Virus record (IMG/VR): IMGVR_UViG_3300031993_000026
Span: 62,001-126,000 of that record
Strand: one strand, 5' to 3'
Origin: an uncultured virus (IMG/VR IMGVR_UViG_3300031993_000026)
Lineage: Duplodnaviria; Heunggongvirae; Uroviricota; Caudoviricetes
DNA length: 64,000 bases
In this document: in pieces, positions 37,774 to 47,454 of the stretch
Layout: each line of letters starts with the position of its first letter
Numbering within the stretch: the first letter of the stretch is position 1
Notes under the pieces: model-generated
What the model was told of the DNA's origin: nothing
Databases searched by the model: none
What the model saw: only the letters and a program-made list of their open reading frames with translations
Made by a program: the position numbers and the translations under genes

Positions 37774-39756
37774 ATGGCAGGCTCGAAGACGATAGAGGAG
37801 AAATACAAGTCCCTTACCGATGTGGAGCACATACTCCTGCGACCGGGCACTTATGTCGGGAGCACAGTCCTCTGCGACACCTGCAAGGAATATCTATATG
37901 ACGAGAAGAGCGGGAAGTTCTCGCTCGAAGATGTCCGATATGTGCCAGCCTTCCTCAAACTCTTCGACGAGATTGTGAGCAACTCGATAGACGAGAGCAG
38001 GCGGAACAAAAAACTCGACACGATAAAGGTGGAGATAGACAGGGAGAAGAACATCATAAGCGTATATGACAACGGGGGTATCCCAGTGGTGATACACAAG
38101 GAGGCGAACCAGTATGTCCCAGAGTTCATATTCTCCCGCCTCCGTGCTGGAAGCAACTTCGATGACACGGAGCAGAGGGGCTGGGTGGGGACGAACGGTC
38201 TCGGCTCTACGCTGACCAATGTGTTCTCCACGGAGTTCACGGTGGAAACCTGCGACGGCAAGAACCTGTTTACCCAGACATTCACGGACAATATGTCCCA
38301 TAGGACGAAGCCCGCCATAAAGCCGTCAAGGAAGGGGCATACTACCATAACATACAAGCCCGACCTGAAGCGTTTCGGGCTTGACGGCATTGACGACACG
38401 CACTACAGGATGATGGAGAAACGCCTCTATGACGCTTCCGCCACCAACCCTTCCGTAAGCATATACCTCAACGGCAGGAAGATAGAGTTCGGCTCGTTCG
38501 CCGACTACTGCTCTATGTATGCGGACGGGATAATATTCGAGAAGGGGAAGGGCTGGGAGGTCGGCTTCGCACCGAGCGAGACATTCCGACACATATCGCT
38601 CGTCAACTCGGCTATGACGAGGGACGGCGGGACTCACGTGAACTACATCGCCGACCAAGTTGTGAACTACCTGCGGGAGAGGATAAGGAAGAAGCACAGG
38701 GTTGACCTGAAGCCGAGCGAGATAAAGAACCACCTGTTCATATTCATATCCTGCACGGTCAACAACCCGTCGTATTCTTCCCAGACGAAGGAGAAACTCA
38801 TAACCGAGCCGAAGAACTTCGGCACTTCGCATACTGTTTCCGAAAAGACACTGAAGGACATATTCGCCTCCGAAATCACGCAGACCATACTCGACTGGGT
38901 GAACAGGAGGAACGAGGCTGACGAGAAGGCTGCCGTCCGTGCCGCCAACAAGAGCCTCTCCAAAGAGAAGATAAGCAAACTGGTCGAGGCGAAGGGGCGC
39001 GACAGGCGCAGGTGTAGCCTTATGCTCTGTGAGGGGGACAGCCCTATGGCTGGCTTCCGCAAGTACAGGAATCCAGAGACGCAGGGTGCTTTCCCGTTGC
39101 GGGGGAAGAGCCTCAATGTCCGCGAACTTTCGGAGAAGAAGGCGATAGAGAATCAGGAGATAAAGTCGATAATGGGTGCGCTCGGACTGAAGTTCGGGGT
39201 GTCCCCGTTCACATACGGCAACGACGGGAAACTCGTCAGGGACAACCTGCGGTACGGGGAGGTGTGGATTTACAGCGATGCCGATGTTGACGGCATATCC
39301 TGCGCGAGCCTGCTCGTAAACTTCTTCGAGCGTTTCTTCCCCGAACTCATAAGGGAGCACCGTATCGCCCGCTGTGAAACGCCAGTGATAATAGCCACGA
39401 ACAAGAGTTCAAAGAAAACGGTTTCGTTCTACTACGAGGACGAGTGGGACGAGTGGCAGAAGAAGAATGATGTGTCGAAGTGGAACATATCCTACAAGAA
39501 AGGTCTGGCGGCACTCACCGACGAGGAGTATGCGGAGATAATCCGCAAGCCCCGACTTTACTACTATGAACTCACGGACGCTTCCCGCCAGAAACTTGAA
39601 GTCTGGTTCGGCGGGGACAGCGATGCACGCAAGAAGGCTATTGCGGAAGCCGACATAGAAAGGGAGTACATCGAGCCGAAGAAGGAAACGAGGAGGCGGG
39701 AGCAGAAGCCTCCCGAAAGGAAGAAACTGAAATTGTTTGATTGCACTATATATTAG
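37774..39756 (+). CDS. DNA topoisomerase II large subunit (GyrB-like; T4 gp39+60 equivalent)
   Basis: EHILLRPGTYVGS, DEIVSNSIDE, DNGGIP, GTNGLG, EGDS, FPLRGK, DADVDG, YKKGL. Confidence 0.95.
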   Translation: MAGSKTIEEKYKSLTDVEHILLRPGTYVGSTVLCDTCKEYLYDEKSGKFSLEDVRYVPAFLKLFDEIVSNSIDESRRNKKLDTIKVEIDREKNIISVYDNGGIPVVIHKEANQYVPEFIFSRLRAGSNFDDTEQRGWVGTNGLGSTLTNVFSTEFTVETCDGKNLFTQTFTDNMSHRTKPAIKPSRKGHTTITYKPDLKRFGLDGIDDTHYRMMEKRLYDASATNPSVSIYLNGRKIEFGSFADYCSMYADGIIFEKGKGWEVGFAPSETFRHISLVNSAMTRDGGTHVNYIADQVVNYLRERIRKKHRVDLKPSEIKNHLFIFISCTVNNPSYSSQTKEKLITEPKNFGTSHTVSEKTLKDIFASEITQTILDWVNRRNEADEKAAVRAANKSLSKEKISKLVEAKGRDRRRCSLMLCEGDSPMAGFRKYRNPETQGAFPLRGKSLNVRELSEKKAIENQEIKSIMGALGLKFGVSPFTYGNDGKLVRDNLRYGEVWIYSDADVDGISCASLLVNFFERFFPELIREHRIARCETPVIIATNKSSKKTVSFYYEDEWDEWQKKNDVSKWNISYKKGLAALTDEEYAEIIRKPRLYYYELTDASRQKLEVWFGGDSDARKKAIAEADIEREYIEPKKETRRREQKPPERKKLKLFDCTIY

Positions 39757-39782
39757 TAATGTATTAGATATATCTATTGGTT

Positions 39783-40199
39783 ATGGCAACACATATTAAG
39801 AGATTGAATGAGATGCAGAATCTGACAGAGGACGAACTTGACGCTCTCCGCAGGCTTGCTGGCATAATTTCGGACGCATTCGGCGGACGATGCACGAGTT
39901 CGGTGAACCGTGCGGAACATACGGTGACATACGACTTCGGTTCGGTCGCTGGGAACTTCGACGACCTTCGCGACAGGTTTATGGAGAGCGTTTCTATGTG
40001 CCTGTCCGAAATGGAGAGCATAGGGCTGTCGGTTGACACGGAGGACTTGTGGGAGTGCGTCGCAGTCTATGCGAATGACGGAGATGGAGGCTTCATCTGC
40101 TCGGTCGAGATAGTTCCCGAAAGGGACGGAAGCAACCGCTTTGCAAGGCGCGTGGTCGTTTCTATGGAGTATAACGAAAGTCTTGGCTTCGATGAATAG
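39783..40199 (+). CDS. Leader-bearing protein (MATHIKRLNEM)
   Basis: Leader family. Confidence 0.75.
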   Translation: MATHIKRLNEMQNLTEDELDALRRLAGIISDAFGGRCTSSVNRAEHTVTYDFGSVAGNFDDLRDRFMESVSMCLSEMESIGLSVDTEDLWECVAVYANDGDGGFICSVEIVPERDGSNRFARRVVVSMEYNESLGFDE

Positions 40200-40644
40200 C
40201 CGTGCGAAAGAAAGGGAGATAGAGTATCGCGGACGGCATCTCTGCGGTCAGTGGTACTATGGCAACCTCATCGAGCGCATAGCCGACTCACCTGTTCCTG
40301 AAACACCCTGCGCATACAGGAGCGTTATGATAGGGGACAAGGAGGACGGAAGCGCGGAAGGAGTCGAGGAAGAAACAGTAGGTCAGTTCACTGGGCTTTT
40401 CGATATTGGCGGCAACCGCATATACGAGGACGACATCCTGCTTACCGAAGGTGGCTGGGGTGGCGTTGTCGCTTGGAACACCAGCGGGTACTTCTACATA
40501 GTCGAGAAGTGGAGATATGTTTCGGACGAACGGGAAGAGCCTTCGTGTACTCCGCTCGGAGAGATGCTTTCTGTGACGAAACTCCGCGTGGTCGGGAATG
40601 TCTTTGACAATCCAGAGATTGTTCGGGATTGGAAATATAAATAA
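40192..40644 (+). CDS. YopX-family phage protein
   Basis: REIEYRG...WYYGNL..ETVGQFTGLFD..G.RIYEDDIL..VVGNVFDNPE. Confidence 0.85.
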   Translation: MNSRAKEREIEYRGRHLCGQWYYGNLIERIADSPVPETPCAYRSVMIGDKEDGSAEGVEEETVGQFTGLFDIGGNRIYEDDILLTEGGWGGVVAWNTSGYFYIVEKWRYVSDEREEPSCTPLGEMLSVTKLRVVGNVFDNPEIVRDWKYK

Positions 40645-40670
40645 GTTATATATAATATGATTTGAACATT

Positions 40671-41621
40671 ATGGCATATATTAAGAAACTCGATAATTTT
40701 GTGAACGAAGGGAGAATGACCGAAAGCCGTGTCAACGAGGCGTTGCGCAGGGGCAACAACGATGACTACCGCTTCTATGTGGTTTCGCAGAATGAAGCGG
40801 ACAAACTCGCTGGTGAATACGGAAGCGTTGAAGCCATACCGAACGATGTCTTCATAAGGGAGGCGGAGGCGGAAGGCACTGTTTACAGCATAGACGGCTT
40901 CGCTGACGCATACAACAATATGGACTTGCCGACTGTCGGCTACAGCGTCCTGCGCATACTTCCGAAGATTGTTTACTCGAAGGTTTCTGAAAGCCGTAGT
41001 TCCCGTGGCGGAAAGATGCTGAACGAGGGGTATTCGGTGAATTTCCTTCGGAAACTCGTCCACAGGATTGTCAACTCAAAGACGAACAATGAGTATTTTA
41101 ATTTCTACGGCAAGAAGATTGAACTCCAGTCTGGAACAGAAAATTATGTCGATGTGTGCATAGATGATAATATTCATTTTTCGATAGACTATGACACAAA
41201 TGAGGTTAACTTCGAGTCGATAGGAGAAGAGGATGAGAAGTTTGTCGAGGATATTTCCGATGCGCTCCACAAGGAACTTGATGGCAGATTCGGCAAGGTG
41301 CAGATTTCATTTAATGATAATATATCATACGAAGATGATACCCCATCGCAATGGTATTATTTAAGCAATGACGACAAGAGGGTTCTTCGTACAATGACAT
41401 CGAATCCAGAAGACATAAAAGAGATTGCTGAACTTACCGACAATGAAAAGATAGAGTTCAGGGACAACAAGGGTATTCTAATAAGTGCAGATGATGCGTT
41501 TGAGCGTCTTGGTCAGGAACAGTTCCTTTCTGGGCTTCTCCGTGCGACATATCATTGGAGTTGTGCGCGTGGTGAAGGACAAAACGAGGTTACTTTCAGA
41601 TTAAAAAGAAAAGGAGAATAA
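40671..41621 (+). CDS. Leader-bearing multi-module protein (MAYIKKLDNFVNEG) with internal ESRSSRGGKMLNE linker
   Basis: Extended late promoter 40636-40655; linker shared with next gene. Confidence 0.75.
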   Translation: MAYIKKLDNFVNEGRMTESRVNEALRRGNNDDYRFYVVSQNEADKLAGEYGSVEAIPNDVFIREAEAEGTVYSIDGFADAYNNMDLPTVGYSVLRILPKIVYSKVSESRSSRGGKMLNEGYSVNFLRKLVHRIVNSKTNNEYFNFYGKKIELQSGTENYVDVCIDDNIHFSIDYDTNEVNFESIGEEDEKFVEDISDALHKELDGRFGKVQISFNDNISYEDDTPSQWYYLSNDDKRVLRTMTSNPEDIKEIAELTDNEKIEFRDNKGILISADDAFERLGQEQFLSGLLRATYHWSCARGEGQNEVTFRLKRKGE

Positions 41622-41646
41622 ATAAGATAATATAAACTAAACGAAT

Positions 41647-42430
41647 ATGGTACACATCAGAAGAATTGACGAAAAAAATATCCAATGGCAATGCCAACTA
41701 CGGAAGCAAGAACATCTTTTTTGCCGTAGTCATCGGCTATGACAAGAACGGAAACAAAGTTTCCTGCAACAAAGATTCAAGGAATACCGTAGTGAAGTTC
41801 CAAGCAATACCGTTGAAAGTCAGTACGAATACCAATCTTGCGACCGAACTTGGGGTATATGATACTGCACAATATTGCGAGACATACAAGAGCGCGGTTG
41901 AAATTGCGGATTACTGGAATAAATCCTATAAGAGCAACGGGACATACTTCGATGACTTTGGCGGAAATATCGGTGAAAGCCGTAGTTTTCGTGGTAGGAG
42001 GATGCTGAACGAGAGCAAACTCCTTGACGCTATCAGGAAGTATGACAGCGATAAGTTGGACAGCATAGAAGCACTCGTGCATAGCGAGTATTCATTAACG
42101 CTTGATGGACTTATTGCATTGTATAGACATTTTTATAGAACCGACATAGACTTCTTCACCGAGTTCTTGGAATATACTGGCGACAGGCGCAACGAGTGGT
42201 TGAAAGACGAGTATGAATGGTGGGATTTCATCAAGACTTATGTTGCATACAAACTCTTGGATGATATAAGCGTCAACGAGATTGTTCAGGCGGTCATAGA
42301 CGAGGAATATGTGAATTACATAAGCGACCCAGATGACATATTTGAAGAGTTTAACCGTAACGAAATCGGCAAATGGGCTGAAGGTATCTGTGCGGAACTC
42401 GGAATACAAGCACCCGATATGGAAGATTAG
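41647..42430 (+). pseudogene. Leader-bearing multi-module gene with leader out of frame at an A7 run (41672-41678)
   Basis: ATG GTA CAC ATC AGA AGA ATT GAC GAA (MVHIRRIDE) joins the 41666-42430 frame if one A is removed. Confidence 0.7.
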
Positions 42431-42463
42431 GCAAGACAACATTGTGCAAAGTTTTATATTCTG

Positions 42464-42529
42464 GAAGGTCGGGGCGATACCCGACTTTCCTTTTTTTTCT
42501 GAAATCATTATAAATAGCCTATATATTAT
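42464..42529 (+). promoter_or_regulatory. Terminator hairpin plus TCTGAAA motif (copy 5) with nested TATAAATA
   Basis: GAAGGTCGGG-N6-CCCGACTTTC plus T-run, then motif; paralogous to 28813-28876. Confidence 0.75.
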
Positions 42530-42564
42530 TAGTGAATCACAGGATGGACAATACGGTTTTTAAT

Positions 42565-43941
42565 ATGAATGATAAAAAGCAATATCTGGAGATTAGGTTA
42601 CGGACGATAGATAATTTTCTGGATGTTGACCAGAAGCAGTTTGCTATGTCGGTCATAGAGGACAGGGCGATACCCTCCGTTATTGACGGCTTCAAGCCAG
42701 TGCAGAGGAAGATAATATATGTCGCCAGCAAACTCTGGAAGTCGGGCGGGGAGAAGCCTATGAAGGTCTTTCAGTTGGGCGGGCAGGTGTCCTCGCTTGC
42801 GCTCTACGCGCACGGGGATATGAGTATGAACGGGGCTATAACGGCAATGGGACAGGGCTTCAAGAACAACCTGCCGTTGCTCGAAGGCATCGGTCAGTAC
42901 GGAAGCCTCCGTGTTCCCAATGCTGGCGCACCCCGATACATCGGCACGAAACTCTCCCCGAACTTTCGGATGATATACAAGGACTTTGAACTTCTCGAAG
43001 GCAAGGTCGAGGAGGGCTACGAGATAGAGCCTTCATTTTTCCTGCCGATAATCCCTATGGTCATAGTGAACGGGAGTTCTGGCATCGCTGTCGGGTATGC
43101 GAGCAACATACTCAACCGCAACCCGCTCGATGTAACGGAAGCCTGCCTTGCACTGCTTGCAGGCAAGCGCGTCCCCGAACTCAAGCCGTGGCTCTCGGAG
43201 TTCAGCGGGACATACACCCGCGATGCCGACAACCCTAACAGGTGGGCGGTGTCTGGCTCGTACAAGGTCGTGAACACGACCACCGTGCGGGTGACCGAAC
43301 TCCCCCCGTCAATGACATTCGAGAAGTACGAGGAGTACCTTGACAGCCTTGTCGAGAAGAAGGTCATAGCGGACTATGAGAACAACAGTTCCTCTGGCGT
43401 TGACTACTTGTTGAAATTTACCCGTGCAGACCTGAAGAGCCTCATCGACAGCAGGAAACTCGAAGGCATACTTAAAGTCAATGCGAGCGAAACGGAGAAT
43501 TTGACCACGCTTGACGAGCACGGGCATCTCAAGATATTCGACAGGGTGGAGGACTTGGTTCGCTACTTCGTGTCATACCGCCTCGAATGGTATGAAAGAC
43601 GCAAGGCGTATATGCTCGACAAACTTCGGGACGAGTATGTGACGCTCATCAACAGGGCGAAGTTCGTGAAGGCTATAATAGAGAGGAAACTCAAGGTCGG
43701 GAATGTGCCGAAGTCGGAGGTTACGGACTGGCTCTCGAAGAACAAGTACGACACCCGCTCTGGAAACTACGACTACCTGCTCAATATGGGCATATCCTCA
43801 CTGACGAAGGAGAAGCACGAGGCGTTGCTTGCGGAGACGAAATCGGTGGAGGCAAGGCTCGACGAGATGATGAAGGCGAACCCGAAGGATATGTATGTGT
43901 CGGACTTGAAGGAACTCAAGAAGTGCCTTGCCAGAAAATAG
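42565..43941 (+). CDS. DNA topoisomerase II medium subunit (GyrA/ParC-like; T4 gp52)
   Basis: RAIPSVIDGFKPVQRK, YAHGD, GAPRY catalytic Tyr, NGSSGIAVGYA. Confidence 0.95.
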   Translation: MNDKKQYLEIRLRTIDNFLDVDQKQFAMSVIEDRAIPSVIDGFKPVQRKIIYVASKLWKSGGEKPMKVFQLGGQVSSLALYAHGDMSMNGAITAMGQGFKNNLPLLEGIGQYGSLRVPNAGAPRYIGTKLSPNFRMIYKDFELLEGKVEEGYEIEPSFFLPIIPMVIVNGSSGIAVGYASNILNRNPLDVTEACLALLAGKRVPELKPWLSEFSGTYTRDADNPNRWAVSGSYKVVNTTTVRVTELPPSMTFEKYEEYLDSLVEKKVIADYENNSSSGVDYLLKFTRADLKSLIDSRKLEGILKVNASETENLTTLDEHGHLKIFDRVEDLVRYFVSYRLEWYERRKAYMLDKLRDEYVTLINRAKFVKAIIERKLKVGNVPKSEVTDWLSKNKYDTRSGNYDYLLNMGISSLTKEKHEALLAETKSVEARLDEMMKANPKDMYVSDLKELKKCLARK

Positions 43942-43952
43942 TCTGCATTTTT

Positions 43953-43984
43953 TCTGAAATCGCAATGGATAAACTATATATTAG
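43953..43984 (+). promoter_or_regulatory. TCTGAAA-N14-CTATATATTAG motif (copy 6)
   Basis: Heads a run of small genes. Confidence 0.75.
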
Positions 43985-44008
43985 TGTTGGAAAGAAAGAC
44001 ACAATGCG

Positions 44009-44314
44009 ATGAAAATATTTAGCAAGACAGCAATACTGAAAATCGGGACTAACAAGAATGTCCGCTGGCACATACAGGCTTCGGGCAAATGGTGGAACGA
44101 GGTCGAGAACAGGTGGACGGACTACACCCCTGATGCTGACCTGTCGAGCACCAACAAGTCATTCTCTGGCAAGATGAGTTCCCGAAAGGTCGCCCGCCTT
44201 GTCCGCAGGTGGAATCTTCCCTCCGGGACGGTGGTGCGCTTCTTGGGCGTGTACCACTGGAGGGGCAGGAACGCGGTCGTTCCAGCGGAAGTGTTTGAAG
44301 TAGCAATTAAATAG
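44009..44314 (+). CDS. Hypothetical protein
   Basis: First ORF after promoter motif. Confidence 0.7.
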   Translation: MKIFSKTAILKIGTNKNVRWHIQASGKWWNEVENRWTDYTPDADLSSTNKSFSGKMSSRKVARLVRRWNLPSGTVVRFLGVYHWRGRNAVVPAEVFEVAIK

Positions 44315-44335
44315 TAACTAAAAAAGGCATAAATT

Positions 44336-44719
44336 ATGAACACAATCAAAAAGTGCTGCGCGAACTGCGCAAAGTTTCAGAATGGTGATGCCTGTACGCA
44401 TCAGAGTAATATCTTCTTCTCCTGCGGGGGTGGTGAAATGGAGTTCCACATTTCCTGCGATGAGTATGAAGTTGATGAAAGAAGAGTCGAGAAGGGTAAG
44501 GATGTTCTGGACGAAATCGTCCCAATAAATCCGCCTGTGCCAATTATACCTCCGTATTATCCTTCGCCTTGCAGTGACTGGGCGCATTGTAGCAACCCCC
44601 ACCACGATTGTATAAATTGCCCGCTTATGTATGGCAGAGGAGACTTGGGCACTTGGGGTACTACTACTGAACTCAAGACAAGACAGGACGGAACTGGCGA
44701 TGCCGAAACCACCAAATAG
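44336..44719 (+). CDS. Cys-rich hypothetical protein
   Basis: CCANC..C, CSNPHHDCINCP. Confidence 0.65.
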   Translation: MNTIKKCCANCAKFQNGDACTHQSNIFFSCGGGEMEFHISCDEYEVDERRVEKGKDVLDEIVPINPPVPIIPPYYPSPCSDWAHCSNPHHDCINCPLMYGRGDLGTWGTTTELKTRQDGTGDAETTK

Positions 44720-44733
44720 TCGGAGGGACGGTT

Positions 44734-45411
44734 ATGAAGAAGTCTGGTGAAATATTGAAGTCAGTCGGTATCGCATTCGCCATTGTCGCGTGCGCAACCG
44801 TCGTTTCGGTGGGGGCGGTGGCATTGTGCCACTGGCTCAAGCCATTGGTCGGGGAGTATGCCCTCTATGGTTCTATCGGTGTCATACTTCTCGGTGCTGT
44901 GTCATATACCGTGTATGACATACGCAAGACGAACAGGGCTTTCGCGCAGGAAATGGATGAATCCAGTGCCGATGACGCGAACGAAGTTCCGAACGCGCCC
45001 GCGTCGGACGATTCTGGGGCTGTTTCTGGGGCTGTTTCCGATGAGGTGGAAGATTGCCCCGCCGAAGATGAAAGCCCCGAAAAAGGGGCTGAAAGAAAGT
45101 TCCATAAGTTGTGTGGTGTTGACGAGGGAAGGCTTCTTCCTTTCGGCGACCTCAACTATGTCGTTCAGGCGTGGTGCTCGGACGACGGCAAGACCGCGAC
45201 CTGCGACAACTATATGCCCAGAAAGAACAGGATTGAGCCGTGCCAGTTTGAATCAAGGGAGGACTTGTGCAGGAACTTGGCTGACACGAGGGAGCGTATG
45301 AAGATGGCGATTGTGGTTATCGACAAGTTCATCGCTGGGGAGACAAACAACTTCTACTACTGGGACGAAACATCAATGCCCGAAGGCTGGGCTGACGACA
45401 AGGAAAGTTAA
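44734..45411 (+). CDS. Membrane protein (two N-terminal TM helices)
   Basis: Two hydrophobic segments then acidic linker. Confidence 0.7.
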   Translation: MKKSGEILKSVGIAFAIVACATVVSVGAVALCHWLKPLVGEYALYGSIGVILLGAVSYTVYDIRKTNRAFAQEMDESSADDANEVPNAPASDDSGAVSGAVSDEVEDCPAEDESPEKGAERKFHKLCGVDEGRLLPFGDLNYVVQAWCSDDGKTATCDNYMPRKNRIEPCQFESREDLCRNLADTRERMKMAIVVIDKFIAGETNNFYYWDETSMPEGWADDKES

Positions 45412-45429
45412 ACAACCAAAGATACGGAT

Positions 45430-46260
45430 ATGGAAAGGAATTTGACAGACGACAGGTTTGAAGTAAATCTCGGCAACTGCGGTGTAAGTGCCGAAGCGGT
45501 GGAGATGAAGAACAGGAACGAGTCCCTCGCAAGGGATGTTGTGGAGGCTGTAAGGGTTGCGCTCGGAATGCGTGAAGGCGGGCAGGACAGCCGTTTTATC
45601 AGAAATAACCCGAAGGAGGTTATGTGCTTCGCCAACCACATACTGACCATCTTTGAAATGAGCGACCTGACAATGTGGGAAAGGGCGGAGAAGTACACGG
45701 AGCGTGTGAAGAGGTATGCAGGGGATATGGGCTTGGGTGTGTCCGATGCGCAGGTCGAACTCTACAGGCAGGCGTACATTGACGGTGAACTCGCCCAGAA
45801 CGAGGTTGATATGGCAGCATATATGAAGGGGCACGTAAGCGTGGAGTTCAAGGACAGACCAGCCATATATTATGTCTGCGTGAGGGGCGAAGGCACTATG
45901 AATGTCTTTCCCTGCACGGTCGAGGACTACACCCCGACCAACACGAACAAGCCCGCCGTCAAACTCTCGTGGAGGTATGTCGGCGGTGAGAAGGGTGATT
46001 ATGTCATCTACGGAAGCCTTCCCGAAGTCGTGGCTGAAACCCCGAAGGCGTACAGCAACGGGCTTATAACATTCTGCCGAAGCAAGGAGCAGTGCAGGAA
46101 AGTCCTCAAAGCGTACAACGAGGACAAGGCTACGGAGTTGAGGAATGAAATCGAAAGGCTCAATGTGGAAGTGAAGGCTAACGAAACCCTGCTCGAAGAT
46201 TATGATAACAGGGACGCACACTGGATAGAGTTGAAGTTGAACGAACACTTGGATGATTGA
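45430..46260 (+). CDS. Hypothetical protein
   Basis: Operon packing. Confidence 0.7.
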   Translation: MERNLTDDRFEVNLGNCGVSAEAVEMKNRNESLARDVVEAVRVALGMREGGQDSRFIRNNPKEVMCFANHILTIFEMSDLTMWERAEKYTERVKRYAGDMGLGVSDAQVELYRQAYIDGELAQNEVDMAAYMKGHVSVEFKDRPAIYYVCVRGEGTMNVFPCTVEDYTPTNTNKPAVKLSWRYVGGEKGDYVIYGSLPEVVAETPKAYSNGLITFCRSKEQCRKVLKAYNEDKATELRNEIERLNVEVKANETLLEDYDNRDAHWIELKLNEHLDD

Positions 46261-46888
46261 TATGAAAAAGGAAACAGAGAGCATACTTTTCTACTTGAAG
46301 AAGGCGGAGAGCCTCATCGCTTCGAGTACGGACTGCGAGAACGCCACATTCGCAATGGTTATGTGCAACGCCCACGAAATCCTGACGGGAAACACCGCTT
46401 GGGCTACCGTTATGGCTTCGGACTATGACGATGGCGGAAGGTCGCACGATGGCTATATGGCGTATCTTGCGGCAAGGTGCAGGGAATGTTCGGGGCTTCT
46501 TGCCGACTACAGGAACTTCTTCGCCAAGGGCGATGCCGTTAAACTTGTTGTTGACCGTATCATAAACCTGCTTTCGAGCGCGGACAAGTGCATAGATGCT
46601 GCCGTCCCGCGTGAGAGGGTTAGGGGCGAGGAAAGCGAGGACAGGAAAGCGTTGAGGTCGTTGTCTGTCCCCCGTTCCGAATACGAGGCTGACAGGTGGA
46701 GGAACATCGCGAGCGAGGAGTTCTATGTCATAAAGGGCTTCATATATGACTTTATGGAGAAGAACGGATGCGGCGAGAACGAAGGCTTCCCCGGCAGGTG
46801 CGACTTGCCCTGCCCGCGCGCGAACGGGCTGTGCCAGTTCGTCAAGAGGGGGATGGAACTCGGCAAGGTTATTTGCTCTGGCGATTAG
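46253..46888 (+). CDS. Hypothetical protein
   Basis: Operon packing. Confidence 0.7.
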   Translation: MIDMKKETESILFYLKKAESLIASSTDCENATFAMVMCNAHEILTGNTAWATVMASDYDDGGRSHDGYMAYLAARCRECSGLLADYRNFFAKGDAVKLVVDRIINLLSSADKCIDAAVPRERVRGEESEDRKALRSLSVPRSEYEADRWRNIASEEFYVIKGFIYDFMEKNGCGENEGFPGRCDLPCPRANGLCQFVKRGMELGKVICSGD

Positions 46889-46939
46889 CGGGTGACCATA
46901 TTTTTATTGTATTATACACATATTTATGTCTTTCAAAGC

Positions 46940-46980
46940 GAAAGGGGAGCAGACCGCTCGGTCAACTCCCTTTCTTATTT
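46940..46980. terminator. Terminator hairpin between convergent genes
   Basis: GAAAGGGGAG...CTCCCTTTC stem. Confidence 0.7.
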
Positions 46981-46999
46981 CCTTGTGTTCGGCTTGTGC

Positions 47000-47383
47000 C
47001 TATTCGTCCTCGTCGGGCAACTGCAATACGAACTGCTCGTTGCACTCGCCAGAACTTCTCCACTCGAAACTCTCGCCCATCGTGCGGCAGTATATTTCGT
47101 CGAATCCCTCGTTGAGTATCAACTGCGAGTTTTCCCACGGATTGAGGCGACCCTTGTAGGACTTGTTTACCCAGATGTCAACATAGTACCCGCACCAGTT
47201 GTCAATCTTTACGACACAGCCCCCGCGCGAGAGTGCTGGACGCTCGGTGAAGAACTCGTCTGGGATTACATATTCCGCCTCCGCGCCCCTCGACTTAACT
47301 ACGCGGGTAGCGGTCAGGACTTCCTGTGAGAACGCACATACTGCGAACAAAAGCATAATAGCCGTAAACAATATCTTTTTCAT
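47000..47383 (-). CDS. Secreted protein with Sec signal peptide
   Basis: MKKILFTAIMLLFAVCAFS-Q; Gln after the cleavage site as is common in Bacteroidota. Confidence 0.75.
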   Translation of the reverse strand: MKKILFTAIMLLFAVCAFSQEVLTATRVVKSRGAEAEYVIPDEFFTERPALSRGGCVVKIDNWCGYYVDIWVNKSYKGRLNPWENSQLILNEGFDEIYCRTMGESFEWRSSGECNEQFVLQLPDEDE

Positions 47384-47454
47384 AGCACTAAACAAAAATA
47401 TAATATGCCCGACAATATGCAATAATCATTCCAAAACCGTGCCTGTGTCCTGTG

